In this document: positions 50,952 through 64,000 of the stretch, piece by piece
Position numbering within the stretch: the first letter of the stretch is position 1
Layout of the letters: each line of letters starts with the position of its first letter
Source: Eledone cirrhosa
Taxonomy: Eukaryota
Assembly (NCBI GenBank): GCA_964016885.1
Contig: OZ024740.1
Coordinates: 110,732,001 to 110,796,000 of the forward strand
Direction of reading: 5' to 3'
DNA length: 64,000 nucleotides
Program-made: the position numbers and the translations under genes
Notes under the pieces: model-generated
The model's input: the letters and a program-made list of their open reading frames with translations, nothing else
Databases searched by the model: none
Told to the model about the DNA's origin: nothing

Positions 50952-52001
50952 TAGAAGGGGTATTTAATTTGTTGGAAGTCCGACAAATATAAATGTTTAT
51001 AACTGATTTAAAGCACTCAACAAATAAGTGGAGTAAATATTCAATGATATTAAATAAATGGAAACTATATTTATAAAACCATATTTATTTTATTATATAT
51101 ATTTCAAGGGTACCAAGACACATTGGTACGCTTTCCTCAGAAAAAATACAAAGTTTGTTTTATAAATAGGGACATACCCATGAAAATCATACCTTATCGG
51201 TTGGATATTCTCTGGATAGTGGAAATATATTAGGGATTATTCAAACTTATGGGTGAATATGCAAATGAATATGTAAATAATTGAAAAACAACCGTTTATT
51301 TAAACGACTAAGGAGAGAGAAGAGATAAACGGAGAAGGATAAAATAGTGAGAAAGAGGGAGATATAAATATAAATATTCTTCTTAACTCAGTTAATTTAA
51401 TTTACTTTAACTTAATATTTATTTACATTAAATACAAAACGAATATCCCTCATAACTCATTAGAACAATTATCTATAACATGATATACCCATGTATTTAT
51501 TTATTTATGTATTTATTTATTTATCTACTTATAACAGAAGAAAAATATTATATTATAAACAAATTTTAAACAACTGATAATCGTAAATACACGTACTATA
51601 TACTTAGAATATATACTTAGAATATATTTCCCTCAAATTAACGTTATATGAGTTTTTATTCATCTTCTCTTGTTTCTTTCTTCTCTCTCTCTCGCACTAT
51701 TTTATCCTTCTCCTCTTAACTTTTCTCTCTCTCTCCTTAGTCGTTTAAATAAACGGTTGTTTTTCAATTATTTACATATTCATTTGCATATTCACACATA
51801 AGTTTGAAAAATCCCTAATATATTTCCACTATCCAGTGAATATCCAACCGATAAGGTATGATTTTCATGGGTATGTCTCTATTTATAAAACAAACTTTGT
51901 ATTTTATCTGAGGAAAGCGTACCAATGTGTCTTGGTACCCTTGAAATATATATAATAAAATAAATATGGTTTTATAAATATAGTTTCCATTTATTTAATA
52001 T

Positions 52002-52007
<6 letters not shown>
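50950..52007. mobile_element. Family C long inverted-repeat element with HHRs 51088-51146 (-) and 51902-51960 (+)
   Basis: TTTTAT-CTGAGGA-AAGcGTACCAA tgtgtc TTGGTACcCTT-GAAA TATATA TA-ATAAAA; arms of about 330 bp. Confidence 0.88.
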
Positions 52008-52095
<88 letters not shown>

Positions 52096-52655
52096 ACTTC
52101 ATACTCATCATACAATCCTGCATTCTGTCTCCATGGTTTTAAAGTTGGAGCTACCCAATTAAAAGAATACTGTGTATTAAGTAGAGGCTGTATGTAGGTG
52201 ACGATACAGATCAAATTGACATCCACATGGTTAGGATCAAGAAAGGGAATAGTTATTGGGCAGAATGGAAGAGAAAGTTAGAAAGGTATAAGAAGTTGAA
52301 AGATGTAAAAGCAGGAAAATTATGAGAAAATGATGTTTTTCACATTTGTCTGATCAACTGGTCGGGCGGATGTTCTTGATTGTAGTTTTTCCATTGCAGG
52401 AAAAGGTACTTCTAGTCACGAGCGCATAATAAGAATATCACCTAGGCTTAATCTGAAAAGCACACCGTTACAATAATTCAGCACCCAGCAGAATCTAGAT
52501 GATGGAACATATCCAAACAGTACTGGTTTCAGTTTAAAAGCCACATATTATCCATTTCGAATCATTTTTCTAAATCTATAAATTGTTTTTGAAAATCTCA
52601 TACACAAGTAGACAAACGTGCAAGTTTTTTTATATACATACATACATACATACAT

Positions 52656-53220
52656 GGTGGCTGCCAACTCGTTTTCGAGTACGGCCACTACTTTATATCC
52701 ATGTAGGAGAACCCCTACCGATGCGCTGAACAAATGTGACTTTTTAGTCCAGCCAGCGACTTGAAAACTCTGGTACAAACACTACACATGTGACAATTAT
52801 TGACACATAGTGCTGGGCCCATGGTACCATGTGACGACAAGTGCAGAGAGATCTCCAGATATAAAGCAATGCCTATGCCGTGAAGCTTTTATAGTGAGCA
52901 AAGGCACTGCACAAAGCCAGTCCCACTCTTTTAACCAAGATGATATTTACCAAAAAGAAGAACAAGTCAACATCATTGGATACCATCAAGGTTGCAGGTG
53001 TTATATCAGAGTTTTCCTTCTCCTAGAATTCTGCCTTGACAAAGGCTAAGGGGTCATCTCTGCCGGTGATTTTGGATGGCCATTGACTCTTAAGAGCTCC
53101 TTTGCCCTTTGACAGGTTTTGTTTTTAGTCCTGCAGGATGTCCAAAGTCACACTCCTCACCAAGAAACCTTGGCGGGGTTGCCAGTTTAGTCGCCAACGA
53201 CCCGACCATGGGCGAGGTTG
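52656..53220 (-). mobile_element. (ATGT)n-flanked non-autonomous element, longer copy of 9095-9622
   Basis: Reverse-complement homology. Confidence 0.75.
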
Positions 53221-53305
53221 TACATACATACATACATACATACATACATACATACATACATACGCACATATATATATATATATATACATGTGTGTATATA
53301 TATAT

Positions 53306-53347
<42 letters not shown>

Positions 53348-53522
53348 TTCAAGAGTAACCAATCTTAAAGAGAGAGGTGGAGATAGGAGAGGAGATATGA
53401 GAGGAGAGATTGGTGAATTAGTTAGAAGCCAAAGCGTAAAGGCAAGTGCTCAATGTGCAATATGCAGTAGAAACCAGCTAGGTGGCTGGGTTCATGCAGA
53501 AGTTAGGTGCGCAGAGCTGGAA

Positions 53523-54055
53523 ATATTCGTTAGTTAAGCAAAACAAGACCACAAATTTCACACGGAAGACATTGTTAAAAGATTGTCAACATATTTTAGT
53601 TTGATGTAAGGAATGTAGAGAATAATAATAATAATAATATTAATAATAATAATGTCCGTTTACAATTGTTTCGACAGCCTCGACAGATGAATACTGCTTG
53701 ATTATGGCTGACAACTGATGCAACCAAGACACCATAGTGAAAACCAATGTATGGAACATTATATTATGTAACATTCTTTCATTATTTTAATTTATATTCC
53801 TTTGAAGTTCCGATGAGCCGCTCTGTCTTTTAAATATGTTAATTATTTTCAACTGAACCAGATCAATTATGATATATAGTCATCTGATCCAGAAATATCA
53901 TATGGAGTAGCGAAACAATTGTAAACGGACATTATTATTATTAATATTATTATTATTATTATTCTCTACATTCCTTACATCAAACTAAAATATGTTGAAA
54001 ATCTTTTAATAATGTCTTCCTTGTGAAATTTGCGGTCTTGTTTTGCTTAACTAAC

Positions 54056-54061
<6 letters not shown>
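53523..54061. mobile_element. Inverted pLTR element (150-bp arms) with hammerhead 53807-53926 (+) having a stem II region of about 95 nt
   Basis: GTT-CCGATGA-GCcgCTC...GAGtaGC-GAAAC AATT GTA-AAC; left arm stops at GTTTCG. Confidence 0.8.
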
Positions 54062-54092
<31 letters not shown>

Positions 54093-54095
<3 letters not shown>

Positions 54096-54202
54096 CGTTT
54101 CTGAATTTGTTTAGCAAGATTCTTTATCTGAAATCGTGTGTTGAAACCGATATTGTTATACTTTGGGAGGGTCATTATGGCAACATGACCCTCCCAAAGT
54201 AT

Positions 54203-54239
<37 letters not shown>

Positions 54240-54580
54240 GATATATTATAAAATTATAAAATAACAGGAGGCTGGACTGGTGTAAATCCTTGAAAGGTTT
54301 ATTAAACTATGATCATTTCAAATATATATATACTTCGTTTTTGAAGTTGTTTTGCAAGATTTCTTATCTGAAAAGGTGTGTTGAAAAAACAGATACTGTT
54401 ATACTTTGAGAGGTTCATGCTGCCAATATAAATACAAGCACCTGTTGGTTTTCACTTCAATTTATTCTAAATTTCCTGTTGGTTGGTTGGTTCGATAACC
54501 CGATGGTTGTTTCTATACTGTCAAAGCTCTTTCGTCACACATTCTGTAAACTCCTCAGTGACTAGGTTCTTATTTTACAC
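54093..54580 (-). mobile_element. Two pLTR fragments related to the 1461-4397 family (54093-54210 mini fold-back; 54333-54580 with HHR)
   Basis: TTCGTTTCTGAATTTGTTTAGCAAG tail; minus strand GUCA-CUGAGGA...GAC-GAAAG ag CUU-UGAC. Confidence 0.75.
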
Positions 54581-54618
54581 CACCTTGTTAGAGTGTGCTG
54601 TCAGCTGTATTAGTGTAA

Positions 54619-54680
<62 letters not shown>

Positions 54681-55036
54681 ATATGAATAAAGAAACGACA
54701 CCGTTGTACTTAGGTTACAGAAGACGCAACTAATTCTAATTGTCCCTTCTCCTATTTCCCCCCATTTAATATACTTTTAGTTCTACTCGGAGAATAACAT
54801 CCTCACATCAACATTCTTTCTGAATCAACCTCTTTAATGGCAATACATTTGACCCCCGACATATTTATGAGTTACTTTATATCGCAAACCCTATCAATTT
54901 CTCGAACTCTTAATATATTCAACACTTATATATATATATATATATACAACGTATCTCTAGCAGTCGACTGATGAGGTGGGTCTGTCTGTATTCGTTCCTT
55001 TTCCTGTCGTCGCCCATATTTTGTTTTCACCCTTCC

Positions 55037-55447
<411 letters not shown>

Positions 55448-55468
55448 TTCCTTTTTCTTTTATACATA

Positions 55469-55502
<34 letters not shown>

Positions 55503-55517
55503 CATATATATATATAC

Positions 55518-55618
<101 letters not shown>

Positions 55619-55718
55619 CATTTATATATATATACATATAAATATATATACATATATATATATCTACATATATATATATATACATTTATATATATCTACA
55701 TATATATATATATACATT

Positions 55719-55754
<36 letters not shown>

Positions 55755-55807
55755 CATATATATACATTTATACATATATATATATATATATACATATATA
55801 TACATTT

Positions 55808-55857
<50 letters not shown>

Positions 55858-56099
55858 CATTTGTGTTCTATTCATTTCTCTTTAGTTTCCTTTGTACATC
55901 TATAGGGTCATTAGACAGTCATACCTGTATGATGATACTTTTTCTGATTTAACTGACCAAATATTTACAATATGATACTCTACTTTCACCACGGTCAAGG
56001 CACAGCACACAGCTTGTCAAAAGGGAGAAATAAAATACGTATTCCTTTTTATCATGAAAGAAATACGTAAAAGCGATCCTAAGCCTGGAGGCTCCTCCG

Positions 56100-56350
56100 T
56101 CTAATTCGTTTTCATTGGCGTTAAGCGAATGAGGGACATCCTTCTGGACAGGACGTCAGTCCATCGCAAAGTTAACCCTCAGCTACTGCAAGTATTTATT
56201 TTTAGTCGGAGTAAATTGAAACGAGGAGTAGTTGCCCAAGAACAACTGAAGTAAAGTGATTTACTCAAAAATACATCATGCCAGCCGGTCCAGGAACCGA
56301 GCCCCACGACATTATGATCGTTTATTCAACACCATAACCATTATACCACA
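56100..56350 (-). mobile_element. Old tRNA-derived SINE
   Basis: Minus strand GTGGTATAATGGTT A box and degenerate B box GGCTCGGTTCC. Confidence 0.5.
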
Positions 56351-56617
56351 CGTATTTACCTTATTATGAAATACTAACGTAACGTTTCGGCTGTTATAAC
56401 TTCAGCCTTACTGTTGATGTAACAACCAGGACCTGAACACTAGTTCGAAATAGATCGGCTTATATACATAATAATTTCTCATTTGAGAAATTCATACAAA
56501 ATTTCCACTGATTCTTGAGTGTATGAAGTGTTTCTATTACTTAATTAATTCGGGTTGCGAATCATTGCACTGCTACGCAAATTAGACAAATCAATTTGGT
56601 GATTATTTTGCGCAGAC

Positions 56618-56656
<39 letters not shown>

Positions 56657-56659
<3 letters not shown>

Positions 56660-56790
56660 GAACACTGGAAGGCTATATCCGTAGTAGTAGAGCACTCAGT
56701 CCATGGGACGAGTTTTGTAGAAGTAGTAACACAACAGTTAGTTCACCATACCGAGAACAAATGTTTCACCTTATGCGGATCGTCAGTCTG
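56657..56790 (-). mobile_element. pLTR family E with degenerate HHR (56752-56790); tails also at about 35440-35520 and 43300-43392
   Basis: CUGACGA-hairpin-GAAAC auuu GUU; shared ACTCGTCCCATGGACTGAGTGCTCTA next to (TA)n. Confidence 0.6.
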
Positions 56791-58397
56791 AGCTGAAGAT
56801 CATTCGCATTACACACACAGACACATATGTACCTATATAAGCATATATATACATATATATTATATATATATATATATATATATTGTACATAAATATATGT
56901 ATATATATATTTATATACAATATATTTATACATAATCATTAGGTCGCGGGCAAGTATCACTTATAGTCATTTCTTCAATGAACTTGGATAAGTGTAAACC
57001 ATTTGGAAGCCCCTTAGATGAATTGTACCTCTAAATCAAAGGCTCAGCCTCGTCATACTGTGTCACGTTGAATCTCCCTTAGAATCGAGTTAAGCGTATA
57101 TTTGTCTGTGGAATACTCAGCCACTTATTAATTTCAAGGTCTGTCTGTTCTGTTAATTGAACAACTGGATTACTCAGCGTAGACAGAGGTCTATCGAAAT
57201 ATATATATATTATATGTGTATACATTTACATTCAGACACACATCTAAATGTGTGTCAATATATATGTGCATACATACACATTTACTTCCCCACCTCTCAC
57301 TCATTTTTATATTTTTGCTCTCTGTTTAATAACTAAATTAAGAGAACCAGACGAGTGTTAATTCATGAGATTTGTTGCCAACTACCATGGGAGTTCTCCA
57401 GTCATATATACTGTCTCAGGCCTATGGAGTTGGAGAATTAGGTTGCCCATAAGCGGAACACTTTATTGTCGATAATTATTTATTTACCACTTAACATATA
57501 GGTAGGCGGCAAATTGGCAGCCAGTGAAATTTCCAAGTCAAACATTGAAATCAAGTCACCCATCTATCTCGGTCTTTTTTCTCACTCTTTCTCTTTATTT
57601 CTCATTTTTCCTCTTAATCTCTCCCCACCCAACCTCTCAAAAATTGATTTTGTTTACTTTTTGAGATAGACGGGCTCCAACAGGTTTAAATGCTCAAGAC
57701 ACGCTTTGTATCACTACGACACGCTATCTGTCATACAGGAGTTAAGACTCAATGTGTGCAGCATGTAGTCATGGTGATAGTAAGCTGCATGACAGAATCG
57801 TTAACAAGTTTAGCAAGTTTATTTCTTGATAATGAAGTTCCGACTTCCATCCCACTGTGTGGCATCTTTCGTACATTTATTTGAATCGACACAAAATATT
57901 TGAATGAAATTGGTGAGACAGGGAACTGCTATTTCTAGCAACAAGACCAGTCACGTAGAAACTTTCTTGTTGAATCTCTCGTTGTTATTTAGCTCTAAAG
58001 TCAGCACTGATCCCAGGGTCTGCTGGGTTTGATACAAATTTATCTTTTTTTTTTCTCTAGGATTACGCTATCCAGTTGTCATTTTCAAAAGGTTGAGATT
58101 TGAGGTGGATGACTGCTATATTTTAGCAGATACTCAATAGGTGCCTTTCTAGTGAATCTCGAGTTCTTAAGTTATATTTTGCTATGGGACCTAAACACCC
58201 GATGGAGTCGTAGGGGCGCCGTCGTGATAAACGGAGTTTTTCAAAATCTAGCGGATGCTATCACTTGCCATGTCATAGCACAGTCGTTTACTCTCAGAGA
58301 AAGCAGACACATTAGAGAACAAAACAACGTATTTATAGCGGTCGACTGATGAGAGGGGACTTCTGTGTTTCGTTCGTTTTCCCGGTGTCTTCGCACT

Positions 58398-58444
<47 letters not shown>

Positions 58445-59149
58445 TATTGAAGTTTGCTTGAAGCATTGTGGAACAATAAGTAAATATCTTTAAGTCGTTT
58501 GGAAGCCTCGACAATGCAAATGGGTAAATATCCGGGTAACAAGGTCCGGTGGTGGAGAGAGAGATGTAAGTTGGTGTACGTTGAGATGCGTGGTGTGTAT
58601 AAGATGTGTGAGATGTGTAGAATGAAGGGAAGAGTATCAAGGATAAAAAAAATAACAACACAAGAGAGAGTTACCTTGGGAGAGATTTAATAGTCCCTAT
58701 ATATTTCGGATTCACATCCATCAACTGGGATTTTTTTCTGGAGTGGGGGAAAGTCCGGAACGCGTCTTTCGCTGTTTGTTGATTTGAATATATACATGTA
58801 TACACGCACACACACACACATCATATATATATAAGTAAGGGGAAAATGGAGGGGGGGTCAACTCGGTGGGATTTGAACTCAGAGTTTATACGAAAATCAC
58901 GAAGCATTTTATCGGACGTTCTAACTAAATGCTTTGGAGGTAAAGCTGTACGAAATAGAAATGTTTGCTTTGTAAAATAACTCAACTGCATTTAACATCG
59001 TTTATTTACAGTTCTTTCACAACTTATATCTATCTGATCTGCGAATTCTTTCATTAAGATTAATTTACATTGGCACACAATGTCAATACGTCTCTGGTTT
59101 CATTTAGACACACAATAATTTCTGTTACGATATTGATAAGGCTTCGTGG

Positions 59150-59685
59150 GTTGGAGAAATTACTACCAAAACTGCAATATTGTGAGAGGTAGGGTAATGA
59201 ATCATACTGTATCTTCCTTCGAGTGGGTTAAAAAGAGATGTGTTCAGGCCTAAGGTAGAGGCACCTGATTGAAAAATATATCATGCCGTAAAAAGTGGCG
59301 ATATGCCTGTGACGTGTCGTGGGAGGCATGGGATGGGTGCACAAATATTGCGTATCCCGAGACCTCAATGAGAGTTAGAAAGGGAACAAATCTTGACAAT
59401 TAGAACCTGGAACATCACAACTATTACAATTAAGGAGCAGCAATTAGTGGAGGAAGCTATATGCTAGCGGCTAGATATAGTCGAGGTTTCCTTAACAAAG
59501 TTCTGTGGCTGTGGTACGGTAGATTTGGGTGGAGGTTGGAAACTCCACTATTCAGGTGTTGCGCCAACCGTATCAGTTGGAGACGGTTGCTTCTGACAGG
59601 ATCTGCTGGAAGAAGCGTTTGAGGACACTGCCCCCACGACCCTCCAGAATAAGTGGGCGAAGAAGAAGAAGAAGAAGAAGAAGAA
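59150..59685 (+). mobile_element. Internally deleted RTE-clade LINE (APE endonuclease N-terminus joined to 3' end with (GAA)n tail)
   Basis: 59393-59575 LTIRTWNITT...RLDIV...GWKLHYSGV; 3' LRTLPPRP then (GAA)n. Confidence 0.75.
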
Positions 59686-60281
59686 TGAAATCTTAAACAA
59701 CTACGACGACGAGAAAAGAAACAAAAACAGCTACTACAGTGATAATGCCTCTTTAGAATATATCAATAACACAGATAATTTATTGGAGATTAAGAGTGAT
59801 GGATAACAAGTTAAAACGCTCAATAGCAATTTGAGAAATACGGAGTTCGATACTTCGTTGGTGATGCTGGCCACTTTTTCTTGTCTACAGAGGTATTTTA
59901 CACGATTTTGGAGGCTATTATTCATAGCAGTCCACTGTAATTACAGTTGGTATTTTTACATTTTCTAGGAAATTCAATCCCACCCAACACTTCGATATTT
60001 TCGAAATGTTGTTTACATCTAACTTGTTAATTTAGTTTTCTGTTTAAGACGGAAGTCATTGTCAGACGGTATTTAGTTTAGAAAGTTCATCCGGAATTTG
60101 AGAGTTGCAGAGTTTGGTTCTTCGTAACGGCTGCTGACACTTTTTGCCGTCTATAGGGGTATTTTACCCGATTTACTATTTGTAGTTTACACTTATTTTC
60201 TATATTTGGTATTTCTACATTTCCTACATTTATACATACATACATACAGAAACACACTCACATATATACAAATCTATATAC

Positions 60282-60325
<44 letters not shown>

Positions 60326-60334
60326 ATTATATAT

Positions 60335-60706
60335 GACACAAGGACAGCAATTATGCCAGTGTATTACTGGTACTTTATTTTATCGATCCCGTAAGGATGA
60401 AAGGCAAAGTTAACCTCGACGGGATTTGAACTCAGACCATAAAGGGCCGACCCTCTACCGATACTGCCAATCCACCACCCTTTCTGTTAATGATAATAAT
60501 AACCATTGTAATATTTCATTATACTATTGGCAGTATCGGTAGAGGACCGGGCGGCTTGCTTTGACGCATAGAGTTACGGCCCTTGCCATTCTGAGTTCAA
60601 ATCCCGCCGAGGTTAACTTTGCCATTCCTCCTTACGGGGTCGATAAAATAAAGTACCAGTAATGTACTGGGTAATTGCTGGCCTTGTGCCAATAGTAGAA
60701 ACAATT
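60335..60706. mobile_element. Head-to-head pair of Meta-type SINEs (60335-60480 -, 60526-60706 +)
   Basis: Family consensus on both strands. Confidence 0.85.
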
Positions 60707-61077
60707 ATACTAGGATGGCTAATACAGATAATACATGAGCTAATAGAAAATAATCGATGATCCAGCGGTTACAAATGTCGCTTATTTCATTGATATCAGT
60801 TATAAAAAAATAAAAGATAACTTCATGTCATATGACAACTAAGGCTAGCTTGAATCATTTCTGTCCTTATTACTAATTTACAGATTTCTATTTATTGGCC
60901 TTTTAACTCTGAATGGTATCGTTGGAGCGGTGTCATGCGGCGTGACTTGGACATTTAAAAAACCTTGGCAGCGTCCATCCCGCACCAGGTTTGATCAAAA
61001 AGATATCATTCAGAGAAACAGAAAACAAAAAAAAAACAAAAAAAAAAAAATGAGAAAAGAAATATCAACTCCAGCAC

Positions 61078-61685
61078 TCGACTGGTATTATATTTATCAA
61101 AGGATGAAAGGCAAAGTTAACCTCGGCAGGATTTGAACTCAGACCGTAAAGGGACGTAATTCTATACTGCAAAGCAGTAGAGGGTTGAACTCCATGCTTT
61201 GCAGCATAGAATTACATCCCTTTACGGTCTGAGTTCAAATCCTGCCGAGGTGAACTTTGTGCTTCATCCTTACGGGATCGATAAAATAAAGTACCAGTAA
61301 TGCACTATGATAATTGCTGGCCTTGTACCAAAAATAGAAACAATTATATTTATCAACCCCGAGAGGATGAAAAGAGAAGTAGACTTCGGCGTGATTGGGA
61401 ACTCAAACCACAGAGAGCCAGAATGAATACCGAAAAGCATTCTATCCTAACGAGTCTGCCAATATGCCGACTATTATCAATTTCGCCACACGGCGGTGGA
61501 TTGGCAGTATCGGTAGAGGGTCGGACGCCATGCTTTGCAGCATAGAGTGACGGCCCTTGCCATTCTGAGTTCAAATCGCGCCGAGGTTAACTTTGCCTTT
61601 CATCCTTACGGGGTCGATAAAATAAAGTACCAGTAATACACTACTGGTGAATTGCTGGCCTTGTGCCAAAAGTAGAAACAATTAT
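61078..61685. mobile_element. Cluster of four Meta-type SINE copies in alternating orientation
   Basis: Inverted pair 61078-61345, decayed minus copy about 61345-61470, full plus copy 61490-61685. Confidence 0.82.
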
Positions 61686-62264
61686 TAATTTCGCCACAAA
61701 AGTAAAAAAAAAGAGAAAAAAAAAAAAGAATCAGACAAAAAAATAACAGCCACAATAACAACAAACATCACTTATGATGTATTAGGAAGACGAGTTGTCC
61801 AAAGTGGTTCTAGCTATGTATGAGACAAACACACGACCAGTGAATTAACATTTGCTGAACGGGTATCATATGACGCGAAGAAAATCCGAAAAGTTCCACA
61901 AGGTTCTAACAATTCAAACGTTGATATATTATTATAAAAACGGAGAGACAAGAAAATATGAACTTGATACCGTAATGTCATCATCATCTGCAGTCATTGA
62001 GTCCTGACTAGAAACCAGACGATGTGACACGTGCCTTATTTAATACACGTGACATGTAGGATCACAGGCATATATATATATATATACAGAGAGAGAGTGT
62101 GTGTGTGTGTGTCAACAACTGTTTACACATATTTATTAGAATGCTGTTGAAGTGTGTGTACATTTTTCGGGACACCTTATATATATATATACAAAGATAT
62201 ATTCATATAAAATAAATGTAGTTTTATATGCATATACAAACTCACTCTAGCCCACATTATCTCT

Positions 62265-62296
<32 letters not shown>

Positions 62297-62440
62297 TTCT
62301 ATATATATTTATATATATATATATATATATATAAATTATGTAGTCAACACATGTTTAAAAACAAGACTTACACGTCATTAATGCAAATATACATGCAAAA
62401 ATGCATTTATAGCATCACACACACGCACACGTGCACACAT

Positions 62441-62510
<70 letters not shown>

Positions 62511-62844
62511 AAATATTTATGAAACAGAACATCTATCATGTCGGTCAAAGACTGGTCAATGATGAGAATTATAAATTAACGTTGACAATATAACGGTCAT
62601 TAGAGTGTCTGCCATGTCTGTCCTGCTTTTATTGGAACATCTGAATAAATCGTGTACATATCAAGTTTTATTTTGTTGTGTTTTTTTGTGAGGTGGGGGG
62701 AAATGTGATACTCTGTAGTACAAAGACATTTAATGATTCAGCTTTTCGCTTTCTCTCTGGGGTGACATATTATAGCTCGCACACACACACAAACACATAA
62801 CACACTCACACACGCACATATATATATATATATATCTATCTATA

Positions 62845-62892
<48 letters not shown>

Positions 62893-63554
62893 CATATATC
62901 AACAACTAGATAAACGTTTCTTTTATTTACATCGCTGTGCAGTAACATCAACTAATGTCAACTTTACCACCACTAAAGTTGGTTTCGCATCTGCCAGAAT
63001 TGAGGAAGATGACACCTGCCTTACGCAAAATAAAAACAAAAAAAAATCCGAAGATACCAATAATGGCAGAAAAAACAAAACAAAAGCCAAAACCAACAAA
63101 AAACACAACAAAATGTCAAACAAAATGAACTATCTAATATAAAAGTGAACATCTGCTTTGGAAAAATATTTCTGAAATAGGATAGTTGAGATCCCGAGTC
63201 CAGCTTCATTTTTTGATTTTTGGTTGTCGGAAGCGAGAACGGCCTTCTCGTTCATCATTATTCATCATTGCCGCAATTCTCCTCTTTTTCGTTCGAAAGA
63301 CCAATTTTTAGTCGGCTTAGTCTCTCACATACGTGTTTTAAATTCACATAAATTAGGATTTGGTGCGCCTGATTTATATTAGCTTTTGTTTTATTTTATG
63401 TTGTTTATTTATCGGCAATGAGTTAACGTCACGAATTATGTGAATTTCTAATAAAACTTTTTCCTCCCATATCATCCACAATTCGTCACCATTCAGTCAC
63501 CATTCAGTCATTTATACAGTCATTCCCCTCACTCACTCATTTGCCCACTCACAT

Positions 63555-63705
63555 AATAATTGTTTCTACTTTAAGCACAAGGCCAGCAATTTTAAGGGAA
63601 TGGAATGTCAATTAAATTGACCCAGTGCATTACTGGTACTTTATTTTATTGACCTCCCGTAAGGATGAAAGGCAAAGTTAACCTCGGTGGGATTTGAACT
63701 CAGAA
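63555..63705 (-). mobile_element. Partial Meta-type SINE
   Basis: Reverse complement of core and B box. Confidence 0.82.
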
Positions 63706-64000
63706 TGAAAAGCTTAACTTCACTCACATAGTAATGCACATACACATGCACATAGTAATGCACTCATATGCACAAGAAATGGAATGGTCGTTCGTCGGTT
63801 TCGAGGATGAATGTTCTAGTTATTCGATCAACTAAGAGACCTGCTCTTGAAATTAATGTGTAAATGGCTGATCATTCAAAAGACACGTGTATCCACAGCA
63901 TAATTCTTCTGGCGAATCGGCGTTACAAGACTAGCCACTGTTGAATTACAGCTACAGTCCATTTAAAAGATTTAGAAATAGTTTCTGTCAATCTCAATTT

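Noticed and set aside
53680-53722. ATGA...TGAT SECIS-like spacing
   Set aside because: No apical AA motif and poor helix pairing
56370-56420. Minus-strand GGCTG..CAGCC-GAAAC-GTTAC-GTT hammerhead-like half
   Set aside because: CUGANGA core not recognisable and no second copy, so too weak to call
57684-57780. Possible AG...GTAAG exon
   Set aside because: Stop codons in all three frames and no recognisable protein

Overview
AT-rich, microsatellite-dense eukaryotic DNA with no recognisable host protein-coding exon. The SINE families and repeat landscape resemble a coleoid cephalopod (Octopus-like); this assignment is inference. Nearly all interpretable sequence is mobile DNA. It includes three decayed Penelope-like retroelements (PLEs; two with a YVDD-type RT and one Naiad-type with GLYRDD) plus a fourth Naiad fragment, CRE-, Tx1/L1- and RTE-clade LINE fragments, a complete non-autonomous Helitron, a deleted mariner, many tRNA-derived SINEs, and mini/microsatellites. 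The most striking signal is a set of roughly ten unrelated short, ORF-less, mostly (TA)n-embedded elements carrying minimal type I hammerhead ribozyme (HHR) motifs, usually with palindromic stem III. They occur as inverted (fold-back) pairs or as tandem retrozyme-like units. In many of them the inversion or truncation point falls inside HHR stem II, which suggests a ribozyme-structure-guided fold-back mechanism producing MITE-like hairpin retroelements. Most short ORFs in the supplied track are microsatellite or antisense artefacts. All motif calls were made by eye and coordinates of repeat ends are approximate.
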